Below are positions 27,696 through 38,163 of a stretch of 64,000 nt of DNA, one piece after another. Under the pieces are notes generated by a model. That model did no database searches, was not told where the DNA came from, and saw only the letters and a list, made by a program, of their open reading frames with translations. A program made the position numbers and the translations under genes. Source of the stretch: Candidatus Latescibacterota bacterium (GTDB taxonomy: Bacteria > Latescibacterota > UBA2968); the NCBI GenBank assembly GCA_965116885.1, contig OZ220741.1:2560001-2624000 (forward strand). Reading direction: 5' to 3'. The stretch's first letter is position 1, and each line of letters opens with the position of its first letter.

Positions 27696-28877
27696 ATGCC
27701 TGTTGATGTGGTTTTGCCCGAATTGGGAGAGTCGGTGACCGATGCCATTCTGGTCGAGTGGTTGAAATCGGATGGCGAGGCCGTGACGGTGGATGAACCT
27801 TTGGCGGTTATTGAAACGGATAAAGCCGATGTCGAGTTGCCCGCGCCTTCGGCGGGTGTGTTGCATACACTGAAGGCCGATGGGGATACGATTGAGGTCG
27901 GCGAGACTATTGCCACAATCGATGAGGATGGCAAAGCCGTTTCAAAGGTTGAAGTATCGGAGAAGGTCGATACGCCTGTAGAGGCCGATGGTTTGAGTCC
28001 GGCAGTGCGTCGGTTGGTGACAGAGCACGATCTCGATCCCACGGCGATTACGGGTACGGGGAAAGACGGGCGGTTGACCAAAGAAGATGTGCTGGCGCAC
28101 CTTGAATCTGCCGCGTCCGATCCGCCCGTTTCTGAACCCGAAGCTCCTGCGCCACCTCCTGCGCCCGCTACTTCGAGCGATGGCGAGCGGCGCGAGCCTA
28201 TGAGCCATATTCGCACGCGCATTGCCGAGCGTCTGGTTTCTGCACAGCAGACAGCGGCGATGTTGACGACGTTTAATGAAGTCGATATGAGCGGTATTTT
28301 TGATTTGCGCGCGAAATACAAAGAGATGTTTGCCGATGTACACGGCATATCCCTGGGTTTGATGTCCTTTTTTGTGCGTGCCTGTGTTATTGCTTTGCAG
28401 GAATATCCCGATGTCAATGCCAGTATCGATGGTTCTGATATTGTCTATCGCGATTATGTCAATATGGGCATTGCTGTGGGTACTGATCGCGGTCTTGTCG
28501 TGCCGGTTTTAAAGTCGGCAGAGCGCATGTCTTTTGCTACTATTGAGTCCGAAATTAAGCGCGTGGCGCTCTCTGCGCGAGAAGGCAAGCTGGGGTTGGA
28601 TGAGTTGAGCGGGGGCACGTTTACAATTACCAATGGCGGGGTGTTTGGGTCGCTGTTGTCAACGCCTATTCTCAATCCGCCTCAGACGGGTATTTTGGGT
28701 ATGCACGCGATTCAGAATCGGCCTATCGCCGTGGGGGATGAGGTGGTTGTTCGCCCGATGATGTATCTGGCATTGACTTATGATCACCGCCTGATTGATG
28801 GTCAGACTTCGGTTACGTTTCTCGTTCGCGTAAAAGACTTGCTCGAAGACCCCGCGCGTATGATGCTGGAAGTGTGA
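27696..28877 (+). CDS. sucB: Dihydrolipoyl succinyltransferase E2
   Basis: Lipoyl domain [28 protein letters not shown]. Confidence 0.97.
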   Translation: MPVDVVLPELGESVTDAILVEWLKSDGEAVTVDEPLAVIETDKADVELPAPSAGVLHTLKADGDTIEVGETIATIDEDGKAVSKVEVSEKVDTPVEADGLSPAVRRLVTEHDLDPTAITGTGKDGRLTKEDVLAHLESAASDPPVSEPEAPAPPPAPATSSDGERREPMSHIRTRIAERLVSAQQTAAMLTTFNEVDMSGIFDLRAKYKEMFADVHGISLGLMSFFVRACVIALQEYPDVNASIDGSDIVYRDYVNMGIAVGTDRGLVVPVLKSAERMSFATIESEIKRVALSAREGKLGLDELSGGTFTITNGGVFGSLLSTPILNPPQTGILGMHAIQNRPIAVGDEVVVRPMMYLALTYDHRLIDGQTSVTFLVRVKDLLEDPARMMLEV

Positions 28878-28974
28878 TCCGCAGATGGACGCAGATGGAC
28901 GCAGATGACGGATAAACCGTAGGGGTGATCCCTCCTGGGTGCCCGAATTTTTTACCGATTTTGAGGAGCCTCTC

Positions 28975-30363
28975 GTGGCAGATGATAATACATTCGATCT
29001 CATTGTTATTGGTGCTGGACCGGGGGGATATGTGGCGGCGATTCGCGCGTCGCAATTGGGTATGCGTGTGGCATGTGTTGAGAAACAGGCATTGGGAGGT
29101 ACATGTCTGAATGTGGGCTGTATTCCGAGTAAAGCCCTTCTGGAGTCGAGTGAGTTGTTTCATCAGGCAGAGTCTTCGTTGGGTATTCACGGTGTGAAGA
29201 CCGGTGGTGTGGAACTGGATTTGATGGGTATGATGAAGCGCAAGTCCAGTATTGTGCGGAGGATGACGGGGGGTATTCGCGGGCTGTTTCGCAAGAATAA
29301 TGTGACGCATATTTCGGGGCTGGGGCGGTTGGCTGGCGATGGAAAGGTCGATGTTGACGGGGATATTTATTCGGCAGAGCGTATTTTGATTGCTACGGGT
29401 AGTTCTGCTATTGAGTTGCCCAATTTACTTTTTGATGGTGAGTATGTGATTAGTTCTACCGAGGCGTTGGCACTGGATGAGGTGCCCGGGAAGATGATTG
29501 TTATTGGCGCAGGTGCGATCGGTCTCGAGTTGGGGTCGGTGTGGCATCGCCTGGGGGCAGAGGTGCATGTGGTGGAATTTCTCGATGGGGTGACGCCGAC
29601 GATGGACCGCGAATTGTCCCTCGGTTTGCAGAAGGTGCTGGAGAAGCAGGGGCTGAGGTTTTCGTTTGAGACGCGCGCGGAGTCGGCGGAGGTTCGCGAT
29701 GGGAAGGTGGTTGTGACTCTCGCACAGGGCGAGGAGACGACTTCTGAGATGTGTGACCGATTGCTGGTCGCTGTTGGGCGAAGGCCAAATACCGATGGGC
29801 TGGGTGGCGAAGATGTGGGGTTGGAGATGGATGACCAGGGGCGCATTCTGGTTGATGAAGTATTTGAGACAAATTTGCCCGGTGTCTATGCGATTGGCGA
29901 TGTGATTCCCGGTCCGATGCTGGCGCACAAGGCAGAGGAAGAGGGTGTGGCTGCGGTGGAATGTATGGCGGGAGAGGCGGGGCATGTGAATTATGGCGCG
30001 ATTCCCAATGTGGTGTACACGCATCCAGAACTGGCATCGGTGGGGCTGACAGAGGAGCAGGTTGTGGCGGATGGCATTCCCTATAAGGTGGGCAAGTTTC
30101 CAATAGCAGCCAATGGTCGCGCACATACGCTACAGGCGGTGGATGGAGAGGTGAAGATTATTGTCCACGAGAAGACGGATCGCGTTATGGGTATTCACAT
30201 TCTATCTGCACGCGCGTCCGATATGCTCGCCGAAGGGGTTCTGGCAATGGAATTTTCCGCGAGTGCAGAGGATATCGCGCGAACGATGCACGCGCATCCC
30301 ACGCTTCCAGAGGCGTTGAAGGAGGCCGCGTTGAATGTGGAGGATGAGGCGATTCACATTTGA
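28975..30363 (+). CDS. lpdA: Dihydrolipoyl dehydrogenase E3
   Basis: GAGPGGY; GGTCLNVGCIPSK; HAHPTLPE. GTG start with SD GAGGAG. Confidence 0.97.
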   Translation: MADDNTFDLIVIGAGPGGYVAAIRASQLGMRVACVEKQALGGTCLNVGCIPSKALLESSELFHQAESSLGIHGVKTGGVELDLMGMMKRKSSIVRRMTGGIRGLFRKNNVTHISGLGRLAGDGKVDVDGDIYSAERILIATGSSAIELPNLLFDGEYVISSTEALALDEVPGKMIVIGAGAIGLELGSVWHRLGAEVHVVEFLDGVTPTMDRELSLGLQKVLEKQGLRFSFETRAESAEVRDGKVVVTLAQGEETTSEMCDRLLVAVGRRPNTDGLGGEDVGLEMDDQGRILVDEVFETNLPGVYAIGDVIPGPMLAHKAEEEGVAAVECMAGEAGHVNYGAIPNVVYTHPELASVGLTEEQVVADGIPYKVGKFPIAANGRAHTLQAVDGEVKIIVHEKTDRVMGIHILSARASDMLAEGVLAMEFSASAEDIARTMHAHPTLPEALKEAALNVEDEAIHI

Positions 30364-30369
30364 GAAAAC

Positions 30370-30658
30370 TTGACATTGCCTGTTTATATATGTAGCTTTA
30401 AAAACATCACCTTTAAGGTTTAATCTAATGACATCCTCTGACACGCATACATCTATCGCTCACCAGACTATGATCGTTTTGCTGGTGAGAAAGGCCGCGT
30501 CCTGAAGACGGGTTTTAGGGGATAGGTGTGTCTATGCGTGAAAGAAGGGATCTTGCCTGATTTGTTCATAAAATAAATAAAATGAACGGTTTAGGCTTGA
30601 TTGCAATTTATTTTTTAAGGCTGTGGCACACATTGTGACCACAGCCTTTTCTTTTTTT
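30370..30658 (+). promoter_or_regulatory. Promoter and ~260-nt structured attenuator leader of the ABC-F gene
   Basis: TTGACA-N17-TAGCTT; several uORFs; terminator AAGGCTGTGG...CCACAGCCTT-TTCTTTTTTT 14 nt before the ATG. Confidence 0.65.
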
Positions 30659-30671
30659 GAAAGTGCGACCA

Positions 30672-32465
30672 ATGACCATTTTAGAATTACATCATATTGC
30701 AATGGCTTACGGTGCTCAGGATGTGCTGATCGATGTGTCTTTTAAGATCAATAAAGGTGAGAAGGTTGGTTTGATCGGTGACAACGGCTGCGGAAAGACC
30801 ACCATTTTAAAACTGATTGCTGGTATTGAAAGACCCGTTTCTGGCACTGTGAGTAAGGTAAAAGGCATATCTACGGGGTATCTCGCGCAGCATCTGAAAT
30901 TTCAGGCGGGAAGGCGTGTTGAAGAAGAAATCGCCTCGGTATTTGAAGCAGTCAATCGGATGCAGCGCAAAATGCGCGAACTGGAAGCTCAGATGGCAAA
31001 TGGTGCGTCCGATCAGATTAATGGGGTGATGGAACAGTATGGGCGCTTACAGGAGGCTTTTGAGCGGGCAGATGGCTATGCTTGTCAGGCAAAAATTGAT
31101 GCGGTCATAGATGGACTGGGTATAGGGGCTTGGCGGGACCAATCTGTCGATGTATTGAGTGGCGGCGAAAAGAATCTGGTGGGCTTGGCAAAAATTCTGC
31201 TGGGGGAGCCTGATCTGCTGTTGCTGGATGAACCGGGCAATCACCTCGATTTTGAAGGATTGGCCTGGTTAGAGGCATTTTTGCAAAATTTGGATCGAAC
31301 GGTGATTCTGGTATCACATGATCGCTATATGCTGGACCGGGTTGTGAATCGGGTCGTGGAAGTTGAAGATGGAAAAGCCAGCACATATATGGGCAATTAT
31401 TCGGCCTACCGCGCAGAAAAAATGCGTCAGTTGCTCTTGCAGAAAGCGGCATACGACAACCAGCAGAAAGAAATTCAACGACTGGAGGAGATGATCAAGC
31501 GTTTTGAATTGTGGGGTGGAGAAAAAAATATACGGCGTGCGAGAAATAAGGGAAAAATGCTGGACCGCATGGACCGGATCCATCGACCAGTCATGGACCG
31601 CCAGCGCATTGATCCTGCATTTGGCGCGATTCAAGGCAGTGGAAAAATTGCTTTAGAGTTGCGAAAGTACGGACGCAAAGCGGGTGAGCGCACGCTGTTT
31701 CGAGATGTTGATTTGCTGGTGCAATCGGGTGAGCGCGTCGGATTGGTTGGGGGTAATGGGACAGGTAAATCCCTGCTATTTAAGGATATTGTTGCCGAGG
31801 CTGCCTGGGAACATCCCACAATGCGAATCGGTCCACGCATTCAATTGGGATATTACGCACAAGAACACGAGACCTTAAATGACAACCGAACCATTCTCGA
31901 AGAGATCTGTTTGTCGGGTGAGTTGAACCGCGATCAGGGAGGTGGAGTGTTGTCCAGGTTTTTATTTGGATGGCGTGATTTGGACAAAAAGGTCGGCAAT
32001 TTAAGCGGTGGGGAAAAAAGCCGCGTTCAGTTGGCCTGTTTGATGGTGTCTGGGGCCAATATGTTGCTATTGGATGAGCCAACCAATCATCTGGATATCG
32101 CATCCCGCGAGCAGGTGGAAGATGCCCTTGAAGACTTTGATGGTACACTTATAGTGATTTCACACGATCGCTATTTTCTCGATAAAATTGCCGAGCGGGT
32201 GATTGAGGTACGCGACCTGAATTTGGAATCCCATGTGGGCAATTTCTCAGATTTTTGGGCAAAATGGAGATCAGATAAAACGCCGGATGGAGAGTTCGAT
32301 TCTGAGGTTGAAAAACAAATCGAGGTGTTGGAAGATGAAAAATTGCGATTGGAACGGGGGATGGCATCGGCTTTTGAAAAAAAAGATTTCAAACGAGGAG
32401 ACCGCCTCAGCCGTCGATTGCGTCTGGTGGAACAGCAGATTGAAAATCTTTATGGGGCTTTGTAA
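30672..32465 (+). CDS. ABC-F family ATPase (ribosome-associated, ribosomal-protection-like)
   Basis: Two ABC domains (GDNGCGKTT, LSGGEK, LLDEP; GGNGTGKS, LSGGEK, LLDEPTNHLD), no TM segments, GNYSAY linker, C-terminal coiled coil. Confidence 0.92.
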   Translation: MTILELHHIAMAYGAQDVLIDVSFKINKGEKVGLIGDNGCGKTTILKLIAGIERPVSGTVSKVKGISTGYLAQHLKFQAGRRVEEEIASVFEAVNRMQRKMRELEAQMANGASDQINGVMEQYGRLQEAFERADGYACQAKIDAVIDGLGIGAWRDQSVDVLSGGEKNLVGLAKILLGEPDLLLLDEPGNHLDFEGLAWLEAFLQNLDRTVILVSHDRYMLDRVVNRVVEVEDGKASTYMGNYSAYRAEKMRQLLLQKAAYDNQQKEIQRLEEMIKRFELWGGEKNIRRARNKGKMLDRMDRIHRPVMDRQRIDPAFGAIQGSGKIALELRKYGRKAGERTLFRDVDLLVQSGERVGLVGGNGTGKSLLFKDIVAEAAWEHPTMRIGPRIQLGYYAQEHETLNDNRTILEEICLSGELNRDQGGGVLSRFLFGWRDLDKKVGNLSGGEKSRVQLACLMVSGANMLLLDEPTNHLDIASREQVEDALEDFDGTLIVISHDRYFLDKIAERVIEVRDLNLESHVGNFSDFWAKWRSDKTPDGEFDSEVEKQIEVLEDEKLRLERGMASAFEKKDFKRGDRLSRRLRLVEQQIENLYGAL

Positions 32466-32484
32466 CATATTCTCGTGTTATAAG

Positions 32485-32520
32485 AAAACACCGCAACAAA
32501 TCTGCTGCGGTGTTTTTGTT
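32485..32520. terminator. Bidirectional terminator
   Basis: AAAACACCGCA...TGCGGTGTTTT. Confidence 0.75.
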
Positions 32521-32540
32521 TTAAGACTGTCTTGCCCTGT

Positions 32541-32846
32541 TTATTCCAGATCTTTGAGGGGTATTGAGAGGGCGTCTCGAAGTATTTTGCCGGGTTTGAA
32601 CCCGACTTTGCGTCGCGCAGGTACATAGACTTCTTCGCCCGTTCGGGGATTGCGTGCGCGAGGACGGGCATTGGTGCGTTTGACTTCCCAACTTCCAAAG
32701 CCTCGAATTTCGATTCGTTCACCTTCGATGATAGCTTCTGCAAGAGTTTCAAAGAGTACATCTACGGCTTGTTTCGCCATTGTGTTTTTGCAATCAATTT
32801 CATCTGCCAGTATTTTTGCCAGGTCTGCTTTGGTTATGGTTTGCAC
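32541..32846 (-). CDS. HU/integration host factor family DNA-binding protein
   Basis: TKADL; IEIRGFGSW; ARNPRTGE; FKPGK. Confidence 0.95.
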   Translation of the reverse strand: MQTITKADLAKILADEIDCKNTMAKQAVDVLFETLAEAIIEGERIEIRGFGSWEVKRTNARPRARNPRTGEEVYVPARRKVGFKPGKILRDALSIPLKDLE

Positions 32847-32985
32847 TCGCTACCCTCCACAAAAAATACCAAACGCATTGAACAATTCTATAAAATAAGG
32901 CGTTTCAGGCGATTATCCAGAAAATAATGGAGTGATTTTTCATAAAAAAACGGCGACCTCGCTGGATGGTCACCGCGATGATTTA

Positions 32986-33062
32986 TGGTGGGCGCACAGG
33001 GACTCGAACCCCGGACCAACGGATTATGAGTCCGTCGCTCTAACCAACTGAGCTATGCGCCC
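32986..33062 (-). tRNA. tRNA with CAT anticodon, probably tRNA-Ile2 (lysidine type) rather than Met
   Basis: GGGCGCA acceptor stem, AGCTCAGTTGGTTAGAGC D-arm, ACGGA-CTCATAA-TCCGT anticodon arm, GTTCGAGTC, encoded CCA. The G1-C72 pair excludes initiator; C4-G69 fits Ile2. Confidence 0.92.
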
Positions 33063-33151
33063 TAAAGTTTAGTTTTGCTAATCCAACGCGAAAAACAAAG
33101 ATAAGGAACAGAGGTCAGTTATGCAACCGAAAATTAGACACCTTATAGAAG

Positions 33152-34924
33152 TTATTTTGGTTCAGCCATCGCTTTGCGCTGGGCAGTAAGGTGGCGATGT
33201 TTTTCCAGTGTGGCGTGCAGGTCGTCGGGAGAAAGCGGTTGGCGCAATTGATTTTCGAGCAGTTCGATTTCACTTTCGAGACTTTTGAGCTGGAACTTGT
33301 GAATATAATCTTGAATGGGAACATCGATGTTGGGATTCTCAATGCCGATTTCCAGAGATAGGTGGGTCAATATGCGACTTAAGCGATCATCGTTACACTG
33401 ATTGATGAGGTGTGCGATCTCGATGGGTTGTTTCTGCTGTCGGTTGCGGGCAATCAGAGTGGCGATTTGCCGGTAGGCACTATTTGTAAAATTTTCGGGA
33501 GAAATTTGACTGAATACGCTATCGGCAGTTTCGGGATGCTGCATCAGGAAGGTGAGCAATTCGCGCTCGGAACGGGGCCGCGTATCATAAGGTTCGGGTT
33601 CTGGTTGTCCATTTTGCGGTCTCGTGGTGCGGCGTTGTGTTTGGGCAATGCCAATGAGGATTTCTTCATCTATCCCGATTTTTTCGGCGATGTCTTTGAT
33701 GAGAAATTGTTTGAGGGCGTTGTCTGTGATGCGTCCAACGAGTTCGGCCAATGCGTTTGCTGTTCGGGTTTTGCCATCTATGGTGGAGAGGTCGTCGCGT
33801 TGGGCAAATTGTTCCATGAGGAAGTCGGTGGCGGGTGCGGCGTTTTCGGTGAGGCCCAGAAGGCCATCGGGTCCATGGGCGCGCACGTAGCTGTCGGGGT
33901 CGTGGTCTTCGGGCAGGGTGACAACGCGGACTTCGAGGCCCACTTCAAAGAGCGATCCGATCCCTCGCATTGCCGCGGTTGCTCCGGCGGTGTCGCCGTC
34001 GAAGATGAGTATGGTTTTGGGTGCATAACGTCTGACCAGGCGCGCCTGGTCGGTTGTGAGTGCTGTGCCAGAGGATGCGACCGCGTTTTCAATGTCGTAT
34101 TGCGATAGGGCAATGAGGTCCATATACCCTTCAACAACGAGTGCTACACCTGCATCGCGGATGGCATCTCTATTGCGCCACAAGCCGTACAGGGTAGCAC
34201 TTTTGTTGTACACAGGGGTTTCCGGAGAGTTGATGTATTTGGCCTGTTCGTTGGGGTCAAGGGCGCGCGCACCAAAAGCGACCGGGCGTCCTGTGGCGGC
34301 GTGAATGGGGAAGGTGATGCGATTGCGAAAGCGGTCGTAAAAGCCACCTCCTTTTTGCCTTGGTGTGACCAGACCGGCGCGTTCGAGTATTTGCGGAGAG
34401 AATCCCCGGCGGGTGGCGACTTGCAAGAAGCCATCCCATTGATCGGGCGCGTAACCGAGAGAAAAGGCATCGATTACGTCGCGGTTTATGCCGCGATTTT
34501 TGAGGTATGCCATTGCATCGGCGGCTTTCTCGTCCTGTGTGAGCAGGTGGTGAAAATATTTGACCGCGAGTTCATTGGCGCGGTAGAGTTGGTCAAAGAC
34601 TTCCTGCTGGTCCGGGTCTGCTGGCTTTGCATCGGGCAAGGCTATGCCCGCGCGATCGGCGAGTTGGCGAACGGCTTCGATAAAGCTGATGTTTTCTATG
34701 TCGCGGAGAAATGTAAAGCTGTTGCCGCCCGCACCGCAGGCAAAACACTTGTAGATCTGTTTTTCCTGCGAGACGTTTAAGGAGGGTGTGGAATCGTCGT
34801 GGAAGGGACACAGGCCGACAAAGCTTTTGCCCCGGCGGGTCAGCGCAACGTGATCGCCCACAACATCGACAATGTCGATAGACAGGCGCACTTGATCGAT
34901 GACAGGTTCTGGAATGCGCGGCAT
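33152..34924 (-). CDS. dnaG: DNA primase
   Basis: CPFHDD..PS zinc finger; KYINSPET; VEGYMD; FDGDTAG; DPDS. Confidence 0.97.
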   Translation of the reverse strand: MPRIPEPVIDQVRLSIDIVDVVGDHVALTRRGKSFVGLCPFHDDSTPSLNVSQEKQIYKCFACGAGGNSFTFLRDIENISFIEAVRQLADRAGIALPDAKPADPDQQEVFDQLYRANELAVKYFHHLLTQDEKAADAMAYLKNRGINRDVIDAFSLGYAPDQWDGFLQVATRRGFSPQILERAGLVTPRQKGGGFYDRFRNRITFPIHAATGRPVAFGARALDPNEQAKYINSPETPVYNKSATLYGLWRNRDAIRDAGVALVVEGYMDLIALSQYDIENAVASSGTALTTDQARLVRRYAPKTILIFDGDTAGATAAMRGIGSLFEVGLEVRVVTLPEDHDPDSYVRAHGPDGLLGLTENAAPATDFLMEQFAQRDDLSTIDGKTRTANALAELVGRITDNALKQFLIKDIAEKIGIDEEILIGIAQTQRRTTRPQNGQPEPEPYDTRPRSERELLTFLMQHPETADSVFSQISPENFTNSAYRQIATLIARNRQQKQPIEIAHLINQCNDDRLSRILTHLSLEIGIENPNIDVPIQDYIHKFQLKSLESEIELLENQLRQPLSPDDLHATLEKHRHLTAQRKAMAEPK

Positions 34925-34977
34925 GTAAGGAACTCCCTGGGGAGAGGGAGACTGTAAACAGGTGTTGTAAGCTAATT

Positions 34978-36927
34978 TTAAGCTGGATCAACCCAATCGC
35001 CACCGGCGCGTATCAGGTCAATCAGTTCGTCAACCGCGCCTTCTGTGGGGATATTGCGTTTGACGATGTCTTTGCCCTTGTAGAGCGTGATTTTGCCAGG
35101 ACCACTGCCCACATAACCGTAATCGGCGTCGGCCATTTCACCGGGACCGTTGACAATGCAACCCATAATGCCAATTTTGACGCCTTTGAGGTGGTTGGTG
35201 TGGCTGCGAATCAGGGCGGTGGTTTCCTGCAGGTCGAACAGGGTGCGCCCGCACGAAGGACAGGATATGTATTCGGTTTTGGATATGCGGGTGCGCGTGG
35301 CTTGCAAGATGCCGAAGGCCGTGCGGGTAAGGGTGTGATCGTCTATTTGATCGGATGCTTCGAGCCACAGGCCATCGCCGAGGCCATCGACGAGCAGTCC
35401 GCCGCAGTCGGTGGCGGCGTAGAGCATGAAGGCATCATTGGTTGGGTGCATTGTTGCGCTATACGTTCGGCGGATGACTACGGGTATGTCGCAATGCCAA
35501 TCTGCAAGCAGGCAGAATGCGCGGCGCAGTTCGGGCATGGCGTGGGTGTTGTGGGTTTGCAGGATGAGTACTGCACAGGGATCGGCATTGAGCGCATGGA
35601 TAAGTGGTGCGTCGAGTTCGTCGAGTTCGGTACAGACAAAGGTGATGTGGTCGGCTGTGTGATTGGCTTGTAAGTATGCAGTTGCAGAAAAAATCGGGTA
35701 TGCGGTGGAAGCGGGCGACCAGGTCCGGGCATTTTGAATGACGCCGAGCGTGCCCGGTAGTTCAAAATTGAGGGTGCGATTGCCGGTGTAGATAAAGTCA
35801 ACGGCCATGTCGGCGATATGCCATTTGTCGAGTGCTGCGTCATACGAATACCCAAAAGGTTGCAGGGATTCGGGGGTGATGGTGCCCTGTGGGGTGGCAA
35901 TGACGATTGGGACACTCGGTTTGCCGATTTTTTCAATCTGTCGCGTTTCGCGGCGCGTGTACGAAAATGGATCGATATGGGATGTTTGAATTTCCGGTAT
36001 TGGCGCGTGGTCGCTGCGGTTGCGATAGCGGGCGACCAGTGTTTGCGCTACGGGGATTTCGGCTTCGGGTTCTTCGGTGAGGGAGACGCGAATGGTATCG
36101 CCCAGGCCGTCTTCGAGCAGCGCGCCTATGCCCACGGCCGATTTGATGCGTCCGTCTTCGCCATCGCCAGCTTCTGTGACGCCCAGATGGAGCGGATAGT
36201 TCATGTCTTCGGTCATCATTTTGTGTACGAGGAGACGGTAGGCTTGAACCATAATTTGCGGATTGCTGGCTTTCATGGAGAATACGATGTCGTGATAGTC
36301 GAGGTCACTGCATATTCGCGCAAATTCGAGTGCGGATTCGACCATGCCGAGCGGGGTGTCGCCAAACCTGCTCATAATGCGGTCTGAGAGCGATCCGTGG
36401 TTGGTGCCAATCCGCATGGCTGTGCCGTATTCTTTGCAGATTTTGACCAGTGGTGCGAATCTGCCGCGGATGCGCTGTAATTCTTCGGCGTATTGGGCAT
36501 CGGTGTATTCGATGATCTGAAATTTTTTTTTGTCGGCATAATTGCCGGGGTTTACGCGCACTTTTTCCACAATGCGAGCGGCGATTTCCGCGGCATTGGG
36601 GGTGTAGTGGATATCGGCTATCAGTGGGGTGTTGTAGCCCGCGGCTCTGAGTTTGTTTTGGATGTTTTCGAGGTTGCGGGCTTCGTTCTGGCTGGGTGCT
36701 GTTATGCGCACGTATTCACATCCGGCGCGGATCATGCGGATGGACTGGGCGACCGTGCCATCGGTGTCCATGGTATCGGTTGTGGTCATTGATTGCACGC
36801 GGATGGGATTGTCGCCGCCGAGTGGCACACCCCCGATATCGACTTCGCGGGTTTTGAAGCGGGCGTATTCCGTGAGCGAATTGCAATATTTGCCCGGGGA
36901 AACGAGCAGGTCACTGGTTATGGACAT
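34978..36927 (-). CDS. ispG: HMBPP synthase, long three-domain form
   Basis: VQSMT; ADIH; RVNPGN; RIGTNHGSLS; HLGVTEAG; ISCPSCGRT; MGCIVNGPGE. Confidence 0.97.
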   Translation of the reverse strand: MSITSDLLVSPGKYCNSLTEYARFKTREVDIGGVPLGGDNPIRVQSMTTTDTMDTDGTVAQSIRMIRAGCEYVRITAPSQNEARNLENIQNKLRAAGYNTPLIADIHYTPNAAEIAARIVEKVRVNPGNYADKKKFQIIEYTDAQYAEELQRIRGRFAPLVKICKEYGTAMRIGTNHGSLSDRIMSRFGDTPLGMVESALEFARICSDLDYHDIVFSMKASNPQIMVQAYRLLVHKMMTEDMNYPLHLGVTEAGDGEDGRIKSAVGIGALLEDGLGDTIRVSLTEEPEAEIPVAQTLVARYRNRSDHAPIPEIQTSHIDPFSYTRRETRQIEKIGKPSVPIVIATPQGTITPESLQPFGYSYDAALDKWHIADMAVDFIYTGNRTLNFELPGTLGVIQNARTWSPASTAYPIFSATAYLQANHTADHITFVCTELDELDAPLIHALNADPCAVLILQTHNTHAMPELRRAFCLLADWHCDIPVVIRRTYSATMHPTNDAFMLYAATDCGGLLVDGLGDGLWLEASDQIDDHTLTRTAFGILQATRTRISKTEYISCPSCGRTLFDLQETTALIRSHTNHLKGVKIGIMGCIVNGPGEMADADYGYVGSGPGKITLYKGKDIVKRNIPTEGAVDELIDLIRAGGDWVDPA

Positions 36928-36948
36928 TGGTCGTCTCTGTAATTGTGA

Positions 36949-37011
36949 GTAGGTGCGGGTTTCGAGCGATGTACAACTGGTCGCTTCTCAGACCAGTTCA
37001 ACCCGTCTCTA
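36949..37011. repeat. GTAG...CTAC REP-like doublet enclosing the TGTACAACTGG...CCAGTTCA module
   Basis: GTAGGTGCGGGTT...AACCCGTCTCTAC. Confidence 0.55.
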
Positions 37012-37617
37012 CTTGGATTCCTCAAGCATTTCGTTGATTTTTTTTCGCGCTTTACCGGCTTCTTCGTTGATTTTTTCAATCAGAGGAGGCGTTTTTTCGA
37101 TCTGAATGCCCAGTGCTTCGAGCAGGGTTTTTACGTTGGGAAACATGGCCTGTACACCATCCGCAATCACCCGAGCAGATTTTTGAAGCGGTGCGCCTAA
37201 GGCGGAGTTGTCGATGAATTCGGGCACGCGGCTATGGATGGGCTTTGCATGTAAAAATATGGCGATCAGACCCAAAATCAATGCGCCTTGAGCCAGCCCC
37301 AGAGCAATGCCACCAAATGCGTCAATTGCGCCGAGGGGCGAGGCACGCAACATTCCGTGAAGGGTGCGACCGAGATAATAGCAGGCGGCCAGGACGCCCG
37401 CAAATACCACAAAGAACCCGATTAGCGCGGTGCCCGTGCCGAGGTCTTCTGTTGTTTCGAACAAAGCGCGCGCAGTCGTTTCGCCATAAGTGAGGGCAAA
37501 ACCATAAGCCAATATCACGCTGAGTAGCATGATGAGGCTTTGTACCAGCCCAATTTGCCATCCTTTTCGAGCGAACCAGAAGAGGCCAAGGGCAAAAATG
37601 AGATCGACGATGTTCAT
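37009..37617 (-). CDS. cvpA: CvpA (colicin V production) family membrane protein
   Basis: MNIVDL..KGWQIGLV; DAFGGIALGLAQG. Confidence 0.88.
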   Translation of the reverse strand: MNIVDLIFALGLFWFARKGWQIGLVQSLIMLLSVILAYGFALTYGETTARALFETTEDLGTGTALIGFFVVFAGVLAACYYLGRTLHGMLRASPLGAIDAFGGIALGLAQGALILGLIAIFLHAKPIHSRVPEFIDNSALGAPLQKSARVIADGVQAMFPNVKTLLEALGIQIEKTPPLIEKINEEAGKARKKINEMLEESK

Positions 37618-37700
37618 TTGAAGTGCAAAATGGGAATGGATAAAAAAAAGCGATAGCCACCCTGAGTGATTATCGCTTAATTCGAATAATTGCGAAAGAC

Positions 37701-37898
37701 TTAGCGGGTGTATTGCTGGTCCAATTTGATCCGCTTGCGTCTTGCTGCGGCAATTTTGCGTTTCCGACGTTCACTCGGTTTTTCAAAGTGCTGATTTTTC
37801 TTCATGTCGGAAATAACACCGGCTTTTTCGCAGGCCTTTTTGAACCGTTTGAGTGCTCTTTCAAACGGCTCGTCGTCACGTACGAGGACACCAGGCAT
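37701..37898 (-). CDS. rpsU: 30S ribosomal protein S21
   Basis: EPFERALKRFKK; FEKPSERRKRK. Terminator at 37642-37680. Confidence 0.96.
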   Translation of the reverse strand: MPGVLVRDDEPFERALKRFKKACEKAGVISDMKKNQHFEKPSERRKRKIAAARRKRIKLDQQYTR

Positions 37899-38163
37899 GC
37901 CGGGACTCACCCCTTTCTTTGGAGAATGTGATGAATTACCAAAACGAATTTCAATATAACATATAAAATGTCCCGCACTTTTGCAACCCGTTTTTCCCGC
38001 GTCGCCCAACTCAGAATTTGCTCGCTACAAAAAACGTCTTTGTTCATTTCAAGGCGTGTTTTATTTTTAATGCGGAAATAGTGGGACTTTGGTTTTGAAT
38101 GGGAACTCAAAAAAGTGTCGGGCGTTTTGGGTGAGGGGAAGGAACGCCAGATGGAGGGGCGAA

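Noticed and set aside
30430..30560. 6S RNA, T-box or SRP RNA
   Set aside because: The fold is a three-way junction with no central bubble, no T-box UGGNACC sequence and no SRP GGAA/AGCAG motif; it is better explained as an ABC-F leader.
32986..33062. tRNA-anchored integrative element or prophage
   Set aside because: No integrase and no duplicated tRNA 3' end were seen; the flanks are housekeeping genes.
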